Positions 25,803-38,794 of a stretch of DNA of 64,000 nucleotides are shown here, one piece after another. The stretch comes from Stegostoma tigrinum (Eukaryota). The stretch covers positions 20,276,255 through 20,340,254 of the forward strand of contig NC_081357.1 of assembly GCF_030684315.1 (NCBI RefSeq). Direction: 5' to 3'. The notes below the pieces were generated by a model. It made no database searches and was not told the origin of the DNA. It worked only from the letters and a program-made list of their open reading frames with translations. Positions within the stretch are counted from its first letter, which is position 1. Each line of letters opens with the position of its first letter. The translations under genes and the position numbers were made by a program.

Positions 25803-27949
25803 GTAAGATTCATCTTTACACTTCTTGCCTGAAGTGAAAATGGTGCAATAATAGACATGATTGTCTGTGAAGATTTTACATGCATGCACAAACACATATT
25901 CTGTCATCTGGTCACAATCTTTACATAGGAATTAACACATTTAACGTAAGCAGGTTAAAAACTATGTAACCATAGCTCAAGGTAAAACATAGTGCAAACA
26001 TGTAAAATATTCAGATTAGATCTTGAAGATAGTGCCAAAATTCTGCAACAATCAAGTGTTATGGGCTGAAAACAGGCTGCAGTTAACAGTAGAAAGATGC
26101 CTGTAAGAGATGGTAGCATTGATTGGCTTGTTTCCAGACCCCTAACTGTAGTGTGCTTTTTTAACAATGTAAGGGGTCATTTACAATTTAGGGATAATAT
26201 ATCATCATAGGGTTTCTACGCTTCTATGATAATCTAACTCACCTCCCAGGAGGTTGACAGGATCAAACACTCCATTCACTTTTTCATTGCAGTCAACAAA
26301 TGGCATTTGGTCCCATCCCCCTGGTTTTCCATCAATAATATTCAATTAAAATTAGCGGCATCAATTTGACGTTAGGAATAAACTATCCGTAGTCACCAGC
26401 TTTGAACATGTAGTTCAGTGTGTATTTAAACAATATACTGGCTTAAAACTGTCAACAAAAGGTATCTTGGTTTTTGTAACTCATCAAAATGTAAGTTAGT
26501 TTGATTTAGTTACTAATTTTCCCCCCCTTGCTCCTGAATTTCTGATGATAAGGCAGCAACATTTCAGTCTTTAGGGTTTGGTGGCGCTGTTTCAAAAGTG
26601 TGAGTCATGGAAGTGAATATTAGACTGTGTGTTGGTGTTCCAGTTGCTGCTATTGGCTTCTTCCTCACTATCACATGGACTTTATAACTGCATGACTATT
26701 ATAGCACTTTCTAGTGGATTTTCTTTCTCACCTTCTCTAATCATCCAGCCAAGTTAGGAACGTTTGAATCAGGAGCAGTAGTGGACCACATGGCCCCTTG
26801 AGCTTGCTCTGGCATTTAATAAAATTGTAGTAATCTGATTACTCCACATTCTCACCCTCCCCAGATTGCCATGTAACCCTTGTTAATTATAAGAACATGA
26901 GAAATAGGAGCAGGTGTAGGCTATTCACCCCTTCGACCCTGCCCCGCCACTCAGCAAGATCCTAGCTGAGCTCGCTCAGGCCTCACCTCTCTTATGCCAT
27001 CAACCCCATGATATTTCAAACGTCTGTGCACCTCCTCTCTAAATACTTTCAGTAATCTAGACTTCACTACCCTCTGGGGCAAAGAATTCCAGACCATTAC
27101 TATAATCTGGGAGAAGAAATTCCTCCACACCTCTGTTTCAAATGCTTGTCCTGACTTTCTGTCACCATGTCTCTCAAATACCCACAGATCACCTGTCATT
27201 TTTCCTGTGGTGTCACATTTCAGCTTTTTAAAGGCAGAAACAAGGTGAAGGTTCTCTCTCTCTCAGTTTTTATCTCCCACAGTTGCTGTCCTACTCATGT
27301 TGTTCCACTCCTCCTTATGAAGGACCCCTCTCGCAGCCAGCCTGCTTAACACTGATCCTGATAGCTGCACAATTGAGAATTAATCCATCTCTTAATTTCA
27401 AAGAAATCAAGTCCCCTGCTTCCTTTGCCTTTTAAATAAGAGTTCCAAAGACTGGTGACTCACTGTGAGAAAATAATTCTCTTTATCTCTGTCTGAAATG
27501 GGTGACCCCTCATTTTGAAACAGTGGTTCCCTTGTTCTAGATTCTCCCACAAGAGGAAATGTGCTTTCCACTTGCTCACAATTTCTATCTAATCCAATTG
27601 TAGTGTCCCCGAAGGTTGAAGGCGGACTAACACAGTACACTGCAGACCCTGAAGTAGTGAATTCCTGGTCTCTGCATTTACACATTGCTTCAGCTGGTAG
27701 TAATCAGCTGATTTTCTTGCAAGTTTCACTTTTAAATGGGAAAGCAAAGCAGTACAGTATAAAAATGGCACTGTCAGAATCCCTGAAATGGATCATGGTG
27801 CGCGATTTTGCTGACTATTAAACAGAATAGGAGAGCGCCGTTCAGCTAGGTGCCTCATAAAACACATCACCAGCATAGAACTCTTTCAGTGTTATGAAAT
27901 ACAGTGATTCAATAAATTGATTTTAATTTTCCACAATTTCTTCTCACAG

Positions 27950-28045
27950 TAGATAATTTGGGAATCCGTGCAGAATTGAAAGAAAAGCTCCAGGATGTAA
28001 TGATTGACAGGAAGCTATTGACTCTGGGTAAAGTTCTGGGAGAAG
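27950..28045 (+). CDS. MERTK: MERTK exon (~exon 12), start of the kinase domain
   Basis: ttctcacag|TA GAT...GAA G|gtgagg; 96 nt; [32 protein letters not shown]. Confidence 0.94.
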
Positions 28046-30052
28046 GTGAGGATTTGAATTGATCTTTGCAAACCCAGGCCTCCCATGCAGTTGAGGGCAG
28101 AATTCTACGCTGTGAGCTGTCTCTGCTATCCAGAGTTCCACACATTGTCTTGGATATTTGACTTCTATCTTCCTAGCAACATTATTCTGCTTTATGCCAG
28201 AAGTTCTCAGCTTCATAACATACACACCTGCATTAATCTGCTCTGTGTAATTGTTGTAATATTGTGTCAACCACAGTTTCTACTCTGGTACACCCTTGGT
28301 TTTATTGTAATATTTTTATCCCATTATACTTGAAATAATTAAGCTGATAGGTCGGAAATAACTTTAAACAACTTATAGAGTCATAGTGTCACACAGCATG
28401 AAACAGACCCTTCAATCCAACTCATGCATGCCGACCACTCATCCCAATCTGACTTAGTCCCATTTGCCAGCATTTAGCCCACATCCTTCTGAACTGTTCT
28501 GCTACATGTACCCATCCAGATGCCTTATAAATGTTGTAATTGTACCCGCCTCCACCTGGCAGCTCTCACAGCCTGTTGGAAGATTAGCTAAAATAAGAAA
28601 ACTCACTATTAGCTTCCTGTTCCCTTTTAGTTAAAAACCAAATCCATTTATTGGATGTTTTAAGATCTGTAGAAACCTAATCACTAATAGTGTAATTAAT
28701 TAGAAAAGTGTTGCAAGATTATAGATCATTGGTGAATTTTATCTCATTTCCAAGAATCATGCAGAAAGAGACCATTCAGCCCATCAGTAATCATGATGAA
28801 TTATATATATGGAAGTATGGTAATGGAGTTGAATTAGTTTGACTGTTCTGGACATGCACAGAAATCGTCTAACTTTGAAATCAGACTGGGGTAGGCTAAG
28901 ACATGTGTAAGTTGTACCATCTGTGACGTGTAAGGCTGACAAAATGCAGAACCACAACGGTCTTCTGGACCAAGAATTAGTTTATTTTAAAATTCATGGG
29001 ATGTGGATATGGCTGTCTGGGCCAGCATTTATTGCCGACCACAAATGCTGTGGAACTGACTGATTTGCAAGCCCGTTTCAGAGGGCAGTTAAGAGTCAAT
29101 CAAATTTCTGTGAGCCTGGAAATCAGGCTAGTCCAACCCTAAAGGACATTAATGAACGGAAGAGTTATATGGCCCATCTCTAGTAGCATGTGAGGCCTGC
29201 CTTCTTGGGAGTGCTCTTGTGGTACACAGTGCCCCTACCTCTGAGCCAGGGAGCCTGCGTTCAAGTCCTATCTGCTCCAGAGGTGTGTCATTTTTCTCTG
29301 AACAGATTGGTTAGAAAATATCTTGAGGGCTGCTTTCTTGAAAGGCTGAAGCCCATTTGGAGTAGATATGCTGACAATCTGTTAAGGAAGAAGTTCCAGG
29401 ATTTTGGCCCAGTGATACTGAAAAATGGTGATATATTTTCAAGTCAAGATGGCAAGTGACTTCGAAGGAAACTTGCAGGTGGTGGTGTTCCTTTATAAGA
29501 TGATAGTGATGGTGGTTTCTGTAGTGTACCTTGCAGATACCGTTAAGTAACAGTGATAGAGGAAGTGAATGTTTGGTGACCTGCTTTGCTTGGATAGTTC
29601 AAGTATTTTCAAGATTTGTTGGAGTTGCTTTCATCAGAGCAAATGGGGAACTTTCTATCACACACCTGACTTGTGGCTTATAGATGACAGACAGGCTTTG
29701 GTGAGTCAGAAAGTAACTTACTGCAGGATTTCTATCCTCTGACCTTGTTGGTACTGTGGATTAGAAGTATTGCATCAAATTTATAGCCTAACCAATTAAG
29801 TTACTTAATATAATATCAGGTGAGTGATCTTTCTAAAATTGAAATCTAATTAGTTGAATGAAACATGAAAACTGGCATGACAGGTGATGTGTTGTGCCTG
29901 TAGTATGTGGGATTTGTTGCACACCAATGTGACCTGCTGCTAGCCAATCTGAACGCAGTATCTCCAGTTCAGGAATCTTTCATAGAGTTGTTTTAAATTC
30001 TGGATGTGGGAACCCAACAGCTAACTGATCTTTAATTTCCTTTTTCTTACAG

Positions 30053-30133
30053 GAGAATTTGGCTCTGTAATGGAAGGACACATTCAACAGGCTGATGGTA
30101 CCAGTCAGAAAGTAGCTGTTAAAACCATGAAAT
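30053..30133 (+). CDS. MERTK: MERTK exon (~exon 13), Gly loop and VAVK lysine
   Basis: tttttcttacag|GA GAA...AAA T|gtgagg; 81 nt; [27 protein letters not shown]. Confidence 0.95.
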
Positions 30134-31811
30134 GTGAGGATACCACTGATGCCATTTCTAATCCAAAATAAAGAATGAACCAACATTTATATATACTGTT
30201 TCTCTTGCTATAACATCAACAGTGTTCCAAACAAATTATATAAAATAAATATAAATAGAAAAGAATGGACAGAGAGCAATGTCAATATAGTTAAAGATTT
30301 GAGAACATGAATTTCAGAAGCCTCTTGAAGGTGATAAGGAGGAAAAATATTGAAGTTTATGGAGGCCAAGCTAACTGGGGGCTTTCTCCATAGTATCAGT
30401 TGAGCTATGCATGTTATCCCACAACAGAGCCATCATGAAGGTGTGGAAAACCCCACTGCTGAAGAAGATTTGTGAAGGTCAAAGATTAGATTCACAGGAT
30501 TGACAGAATTTACTTGAGTTTGAGAGTGATGACACTAAATTAGAACAGGATGGCAGACGATTTCAAAATAATTGTAGATTTCTAACTTCCTGAATTGTTT
30601 CAGGAAGCTAGTGTCATTCAGCAAGGAAGGGGCTGTTGAGTGAGCAGTGTTTGGCGTGAGACTAGTTGTTGGTAGCGGAGATTTGTTGGAGGAGGACGGG
30701 AAAAGCAAGAAGTTGGAAAAACATACCTTACAGACAAGAAAGGAATGATGAAGAGTTTAGGTGTGATGAAGAGCATGGTAGGGACAAGTGCTACTGATGT
30801 TGCATCTGTGAAACATATGGTATTTGAAACATAAGTATCAGCCAAACCAAAAATGTCAGAGTTTGGCACAATTTAAGTGACCAGAGAGAGAGATTGAATT
30901 AGTAATAAAAGAGTGGAGGACCTGGATTGAAAAACAAAATCTGAGTACAAGGTGGACAGAGAAGTTGCATTGGGATAGGTGGGAATGCAGCGTGCAAAGG
31001 CAGTTTGACAAAATTAGAGTGTGCAGGAGAGGCCATGAGAAGGATTACATTTTTTATGCTGTTGAATGCTGTGTAGAGAACAAATTCGGATATCCCATCC
31101 AACTTAGTGGTAATCAGAAAGTAAATTTGCAAAGGTCTTCTTGCTGTGATCAACGTTGAATATGATCAGAGGCCAAATGATAGGATTTAAAGAGATTTTT
31201 TCCTCCTCATTCTAAATTCTTAAAAGAATGGTGCCTACCTCTTGATGCCTGAGCAAAGGTAAAAGTTCTTCAGTCCCATTAAGAGTATTGAATGTTTTAT
31301 ACAGGCCTAGTCTGTTCATTCTCTCCCTACAGAACAGCTCCCTCTTCAAAGAATCAATCTCATAAAATCATAAGAAACTCTTCTGAACTTCAATTGCTGC
31401 TGCTCTGAGGAAGATCAGTAATTTTGTGCAATTGAGTTGCTGCAGAATGTGCTGAATGACCAACTTTTTGCACAGTTCTTGAAGTGGAGTGTTGGCTCAG
31501 ACACTGAGAGCACTGCAATTCAGGATAAATTAACAAAGAGTTGAATGTCTCATTTCAAAGAGAGGCACCTCTGACAATACAGTATTACCAAGGGACCATC
31601 CTGAAGAATGGCTTACAATGCAGTTGTAAATAATTCAAAGTTTAATTCCAAGTTTCCAGAACAATTGACTGAGCTCAGCTACATGTAATTTGTTGTTCTG
31701 TACATTGAACTCAATCCAAGTATTTTGTTGTTTTTACAGTATCGTTCTAACTCTTCTGAAAGAGAAATGATACTTGATTGTGGAAATAAAATCATCCTGT
31801 TTTTGTTCTAG

Positions 31812-31904
31812 TGGACAACTTCTCACAAAGGGAGATTGAAGAGTTCCTGAGTGAAGCAGCTTGCATGAAAGATTTTGATCATCCAAATGTCATTAAATTG
31901 TTAG
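31812..31904 (+). CDS. MERTK: MERTK exon (~exon 14), alphaC helix
   Basis: ttttgttctag|TG GAC...TTA G|gtaggg; 93 nt; [31 protein letters not shown]. Confidence 0.95.
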
Positions 31905-33369
31905 GTAGGGTCTGTCCTTCTTTTAATCATATCCATATTGTGTTATTGTCACAAAAAATGTACATGGTTACAAATCATGAGCAAACTTATTGCATTACGT
32001 ACAGCATTTGTAAACTTGAATTGAGGTATGATCCTGGTGTCAGTGGCTGCATTCCCAACTGAGCAATGTAAGTGGTCATGTGTGAGCTTTACTATTGAAA
32101 CTCAGCAGACTGTTCAAACTGTGACAACATCATAATGCAGTCCAAAGACAAGATGCTTTTTCCCCGATTTAAGGGCAAGAACAAAATCAGGCAGCCCTTA
32201 ATTAACGTGCCTTTTTGTTGGCAACAGCCACCCTTTGGAGCATTTTCCTGAGGGCTAGTTCAGAGGCTGAGTGTCTTCCCATGAATGGCTGCTCGTGAGC
32301 CAGCGTGACATAGAAGCTAAGACCAATTATCACAGTTTGACTTGGATTTTCCAAACGGAGAGTTGCCCAACACTGAGTTCGCTCTCTTTACTGCTGAATA
32401 TTAATATGGCTAAAATCAATGTTGCTCTAAAAATGCAGCAGAATCTGAGTTGGCAGCACACTCTTTATCTAACTGTAGTAAGCCTGATTTCAGTCAGGAA
32501 ACTTGCAGTGAGGAGCAAGTATTGATGAAATTTATTAGAAAATATGAACAATGCTTCAATCTGAAATGTGACTGAGAAGGTTTATTTAAAAACCTATTCA
32601 AAGGGGGATTTTGAGACTCTCACTGATCACTCATGTCTTGCTAACGTGAAAAGTCCCCTATCACTGAGATTGCAGCATAACCTCATTATTTTGGCACTGA
32701 CATTTTTTCAGTGCACGATTCTTGGTTTTAATTGATGACAAAGCTTTTGGTCTCAAAATGTAGGAAGGAAGCAGCTGAGCTGCATTATGTCTGTCTGTCA
32801 GGATCATCCTTCAGAATGAAGCGGTGGGGGATTGGCATAGTGGTCAGGTCACTGGCATTGTAACCCAGAACTCACAGGCTAATGTTCTAGAAAAGTGGAC
32901 CCCCAAGGCAGATGGCAACATTTGAATTCAATAAAAGCTAAAATTAAAAGCTGGAATAATGTCAACCCATCTGGTTCATTAATATCCTTTCCATCATTAC
33001 TTGCTCTGGACTATGTATGAGTTCAGACCCACAGCAGTGTGGTCCTCTCGTAACTGTCCTCTTTGGCTCAGCAAGCCACTGATTTCAAGGGTGATTAGGT
33101 ATAGGAAATAAAATGGCCCAACCAGCAACATCTGCATCCCAAGCATCCCAACAGTGAGTCATCGCAAAATCGCAAGCCAATGGTGATTGGCAGGGTACGG
33201 GAGGGAGCCACAAGGGAGGAGTGATTATCAGTAAGGGCAGTCGAGTGGCTCAGAGCAGGCTTCCCTTCACAATTCCAGGCTTTCAACTAGGCAGTAAGTG
33301 CCTTCTGTTGGCTTTGTCAATGTAGATGTAATTAGACTAGAAGCAGGAGTGTCTCCCTGCCTTTGCTCC

Positions 33370-33905
33370 TTTTATGGGATGAGGGTATCGCTGGCTTAGG
33401 CAGCATTTATTGCCCATCCCTAATTGCCCAGAGGACAGTTCAGAGTCAACTACATTGCTGTGGGTCTGGAGTCACATGTAGGCCAGACCAGGTAAGGATG
33501 GCAGTTTCTTTCCCTAAAGGACACTAATGAACCAGGTGGGTTTTTCTGACAGAGATAACAGTAACTGCGGATGCTGGAGACTCCGAGATAACAAGGCGTA
33601 GAACTGGATGAACACAGCAGGCCAAGCAGCATCAGAGGAGCAGGAAAGCCGACGTTTCGGGCCGAGAAAGGGTCTCGGCCCAAAACATCAGCTTTCCTGC
33701 TCCTAAGATGCTGCTTGGCCTGCTGAGTTTTTCCTGACAATTGGCGATGGATTCATGGTCATCATTAGATTCTTAATTCTAGATATTTTATTGAATTCAA
33801 ATTCCACCATCTGCCATGGTGGGATTCGAACCCGGGTCCCCAGAATGTTTTCCGGGTGTCTGGTTTAGAAGTCCATCAATAATACCACTAGGGCACTGGC
33901 TCCCC
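33370..33905 (-). mobile_element. SINE family 2 with a nested Penelope-derived insertion (33552-33726)
   Basis: Complete antisense SINE split at a duplicated gtttttc(c)tgaca site. Confidence 0.82.
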
Positions 33906-34786
33906 AATGTGATTAAATGACACCCCACCATCATACCTACTGCCAGGCAGGGTGTACAATTCTTTTTTATTAGCCTAGATTCGAAAGAAGTACTTATTGG
34001 TTGACATTTTCCAGCTGTCTAGCATTTTGTTTTGGTAAACACTTGAATGTTTATAGTCCTTTCCTAATTTGCTTCTGGGATGTGACATTTATTGATCATT
34101 GCTACATGCCTGGGAATGAAGTAAAAACCGAAAGAGCCGAGAATGCAGTAAATTAGAAATACATACTAAAAGTTGCTCGAAATACTTCAGAGGAAAGGTC
34201 ACTGGACCTGAAATGTTCACTCTGATTTCTGTTCACAGATGCTTCCAGACCTGCTGAGCTTTTCCAGCAACTTCTCTTTTTTGCCCTGGAACTAAGTGTC
34301 TTGCGAAGCTACATTGCTGTGGGTCTGGAGTCACAGATTAAATTAGAACAGCAGATTTACTTCCCTAAGGTTTTTACGACAATTGATACTGGTTACATGC
34401 TCACAGTTAGGCTAGCATTTTTAATTCCCAATTTTTATTAAATTCAGATTTCATTATCTGCCAAGGTGAGATTTGAACCCATGACCCAGATCATTTGAGG
34501 CTCGGATTACCAGATGACTAGTTTAGCAATATTATCACCATGGCATTGCCCACCGCAACCCCTGCCCCTATCCCTGCCCCCCAGCCCCTCTCCAGCTATT
34601 GCCCTTCAAATGTGACCATAGCTTGAAAGTTAAGTATCTGCAAAGTTTTGTACAAACATGTGAAAGAGAAAATAATTCTAGATTGCCGATTCAGTGAAGT
34701 TTAGTGAACATTGATGGTAAAACTGAAGGAAGTGTGTGTGCAGTAAGTGAGGAGCTCTAAGTAAATTTAACTGTGCTTTGATGTAG

Positions 34787-34908
34787 CTGTCTGCTTGGAG
34801 GTGAGTTCGAGGGAACCAATTCCAAAACCAATGGTCATCCTCCCATTTATGAAATATGGGGATTTGCACAGCTTCCTACTGCGCTCGAGACTCGAAGAAA
34901 ATGCTGAT
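34787..34908 (+). CDS. MERTK: MERTK exon (~exon 15), kinase hinge
   Basis: ctttgatgtag|CT GTC...GCT GAT|gtaagt; 122 nt; [41 protein letters not shown]. Confidence 0.93.
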
Positions 34909-35689
34909 GTAAGTGAAAAAGTGCTTGCCCTCAATACTTTCATTGTGCCATTTGGAAGACTGTGAGGTCGTAAACCTCATTCATGTACTTCCAGGGAGCT
35001 ACAGTCTGGATCAAGGAGGATTGAAAATGACCAAGGGAAGAAACAGAGTTGATTTAAACTTCGGTATAGGCTATACCGTGTTATCTCAGATTCTCCAGCA
35101 TCAGCAGTTCCTACTCTCTCTGCATTGATTTAAACTTCTCTTATTTAATGCTGTCTTAGGCTCCATGCATCACCTAATTATCTGCACTCATTGTGCTTGA
35201 ATGTTTTGAAGGAACCTTGGACAAAATGATTTCAGGCTTTTACATGAAAAATTTCCAAGTGATAGATCTGCACATCCTTGTTTTGAAATCAGCCCATGGT
35301 CCTATCTTTGTAACCTACCACATTACCCTGTGACCATCTGAGGTATCTGCTATCCTCTCACACTTGCTCCAAGTTTAATGGGCTGTGGTTTCAGCTATTC
35401 GGGCACACAACACCAGAATTCCCTCCGTAAACCTCTCTGTCTCAATCTCTTTTCTCTGTTAAGACAACACTCAAATCTATTAAATAGGAGCACAAGTAGG
35501 ACATGTGGCCCTTCAATCCTCTCCCACCATTCAGTAAGATCATGGTTAATCTGTTTGTGATTTGTATTTATGTTTTGAACTCGTCTTAAAGCCTACTTCT
35601 TTGACCAAACTCTTTTTGACCTCCACTTAATGTCTCTTTATGTGGATCTGTGCTGAGATTTCATTTTATAACACACCTTGACTACCGCA

Positions 35690-36570
35690 GGGATCAGTGC
35701 CGGGCCCCTAATTATCTGTGATATAGATTCATGACTTGGATGATGGAAGTGAATGCTAGTGTCACAAAGTTTGTGGATGACACAAAAATAAGTAGGAAAG
35801 CAAGTAGTAAGGAAGACACAAAATCTACAGAGGAGTATGTAGGAAAATGTACAGAAGAAAGTGGAGCTGAATATTATTTAAATAGAGAAAGTGCGGAAAG
35901 CTCAAGCACAAAAGGATTTAGGAGTGCTTGTGCTTAAATCAAAGAAAGCTCGCATCCAAGTAATAGAGAAGGCAAAAAGAATATTAGCATATGTTTCAAA
36001 CAGGATGGAGTGTAATATTAGGGAAGTTTTGCTGAAATATTCAAGGCTTCTTTTAGGCCCACTCATCTGATGAAAGCTTTACTGGCATTGGAGACAGCCC
36101 AGAGAAGGTTCCCTAGATTAATCCCAGGGTTGGAGAGATTTTCTGATGAGCACAGGTTGAATATGTTGACCACATGCTCATTGGAGTTTGAGTTGAAGAT
36201 TGAGTGGTTACCTTATTGAAATATAAAACACTGTTAGTGGAATTGACAGAGCAGGTGCTGGGAGGTTGTTTCCTTTGTGGGGGCAACCACGACTGAGGGC
36301 ATAATCCCAGATTAAGCGGGTTGTCTAGTTAGGAGAGAGATGAGGGGGAATTTCTTCTGTCAGAGAGTATTGAAACTGGAATTCTTGTCCATAGAGGGCT
36401 GTTGAGGCTGCATCATTAGGTCTATTCAAGGCTGAGATGACTTCTTTTATCATAAAGGGATTTGAGGTTGTGGGAAAAAGTCAGGAAAGTGAAATTGGAA
36501 TTATTAGATCATTGAATGGCAGAGCAGACTCAATAGGCCGAATAGCCTATTGCAGCTCCTCCATTGCATG
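35690..36570 (+). mobile_element. Degenerate CR1 RT C-terminus and 3' end
   Basis: cagggatcagtgcgggccccta (PQGSVLGP-like), KFVDDTK, and 3' end gcagactcaataggccgaatagcct. Confidence 0.8.
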
Positions 36571-36618
36571 GCAAAGCCTGTTTGGATTTTTAAAAAATTT
36601 TAAGAACACTATTGCTGA

Positions 36619-36762
<144 letters not shown>

Positions 36763-37759
36763 TGAGTAAAGATTTTCATGGTATGGATTTGCCTGTGTTC
36801 CTTTGTGGGTGTGTGTATTTGGATATGCATGCCCCTTTACCTTTACTGCTGCCTGATCCTACCCCTCATGTTTGTAATATCTAGACTTTCAGAATAATTT
36901 TTAGATCTGTTTCTTTCATTCAATGTTCAATGATTGTTTATAATCTTCAATTCTACTTTTAAATAGTGCCAAGGAATCAAACTAACTGCTTCTGTGGCTT
37001 TTTGCCTTGAATTTTAAAATGTTCGACCCTTTCGAAATCCTTCATGAGCTCCTGAATTGCAGCATTTTATGAAAATAATTCTCTTGCTCGTTAACACATT
37101 GTTTTTATTCCAGTAGCTCTATTTAGTTGCAGTAAAGTTCCTGATAATCACATGACCATTGCAAACTGAGGGTGTCCTTTAACTGAACTGGCTTGCACAG
37201 GCATTAGCAGTGAACACAGTGATATCACAAAGATGTTTTCAAACCATGTATTATGTAAAGACCTTCCTTCAAATTGTAACCCAGCAAACCTGCCAGCTAA
37301 GGGGGAAGCATCAATTTTATTTACTGTAAGGTTTGTGATTATTTTCTTTCTCCTATCTCATGCCGTCCAATTTTTTGTTTATTCTTTCTATCCAAGAATA
37401 TGTGGCAGTCAGACTAATTCTGATTACCGAAGGGATGAAAAGACTTCCATTCTTGGACACAGCTCTTTGCACAACCACAGGGTCTATCAAACTCATTTAA
37501 AACGAAATGAGGCATTCCAGAGGACATTAAATGACTAATTGGATAGAAATGGCGTGCAGGGCTTTGCATTAGGTAATAGAACCTGTATTGGCATGAAGTG
37601 GCCTCTTTCTGTGCCATTTCAGTTCTGTGATTTTGTGAAATAATTTTGAACTACAGGTGATCATGTCATGGACGAAACAAAATGGGCCGATTTGTGCAGC
37701 GCAAGCTCTGCAGTGTGAGGTTGACTAGATTTCTTTTTTAAGTATGTTTATTGAACGAT

Positions 37760-37995
37760 AAATGTTGAACCACGGGGACAACTCTCCTCTGCTCATCTTT
37801 GAAATAGTGCCTTTGGAACCCATCATACCTGTTAGAGAGGGCAAGTGGCCTTGGCTTTATGTCTCATCTGAAAAATCTCACACCGGCAGTGCAGCACATC
37901 CTCAGTATTAAACTGGAGTGTTAGCTTTGAATTTTATGCTCAAGTCCTAGAGTCAGACTTGGACCCAGAATCTCGCTGAGGTCCTACAGACTGAG
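37760..37995 (-). mobile_element. Deu-domain SINE remnant (AmnSINE1/SacSINE1-like)
   Basis: ctctcctctgctcatctttgaaatagtgcc...gagagggcaagtggccttggctttatgtctcatctgaaa resembles the reverse complement of the Deu domain as recalled; the tRNA-like head lies at the right end. Confidence 0.62.
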
Positions 37996-38183
37996 CTATA
38001 GCAATATCCACTAGCTACTGCTTCAAGGCTGCTCATTAGGAAGTCCGTAAGGGCCAATTTCTCGGCATAGCTGCCCTCAAAATTTACGTTCTGCGCTACT
38101 GAGTTGGTTAGCCAGGCATTATTGATTTGAAAAGTGTCATAATTGAGAAGTATAAACTAATTGTTTATGTAATGATTGAACAG

Positions 38184-38343
38184 GTTACGTACTGATATGA
38201 CAGTATGTGTGGCGGATTTTGGCTTATCCAAGAAGATTTACAGTGGGGACTATTACAGACAGGGGCGGATTGCGAAGATGCCAGTAAAATGGATTGCTCT
38301 TGAGAGCCTTGCTGATCGAGTTTTCACAATTAAAAGTGACGTG
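38184..38343 (+). CDS. MERTK: MERTK exon (~exon 17), DFG, activation loop and TAM signature
   Basis: gaacag|G TTA...GAC GTG|gtatgt; 160 nt; [53 protein letters not shown]. Confidence 0.96.
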
Positions 38344-38794
38344 GTATGTTTTTAACAAGTGAAGTAAATATATAAAACTCATCTTTGTATGTATAATGTT
38401 TGTACATGTATATCTCTTTAGATATTCACTGTGGCCCCAATCTGTCACATATCACGGTGACTGTGATATATTTTCTGTTCTCAACTTGTCTGCAGCTTCT
38501 AAAAACGTTATCCAAATTATCTTCAACACCTTGTCTTTGTCACCCAGCTGGTTCTGTGCTTCCTTATCCAATCATTTTCACTGATTTTCCACCCCTGCAC
38601 TATCATTTCTCTTGATGCCTTAGGACAGGTTTTTGGCACACATCTTTTTTATCTGCATGCTGCTGTATCACAAGATCACCCACAGAATATGATGTTGCCT
38701 TTTGCATAATTAACTGCCCACTCCATATCTCCCAATTCCTCAATGCTGTCAGGCTTTGTCCAACATCCAATCTTGAAATAACTGCAACAGATGT

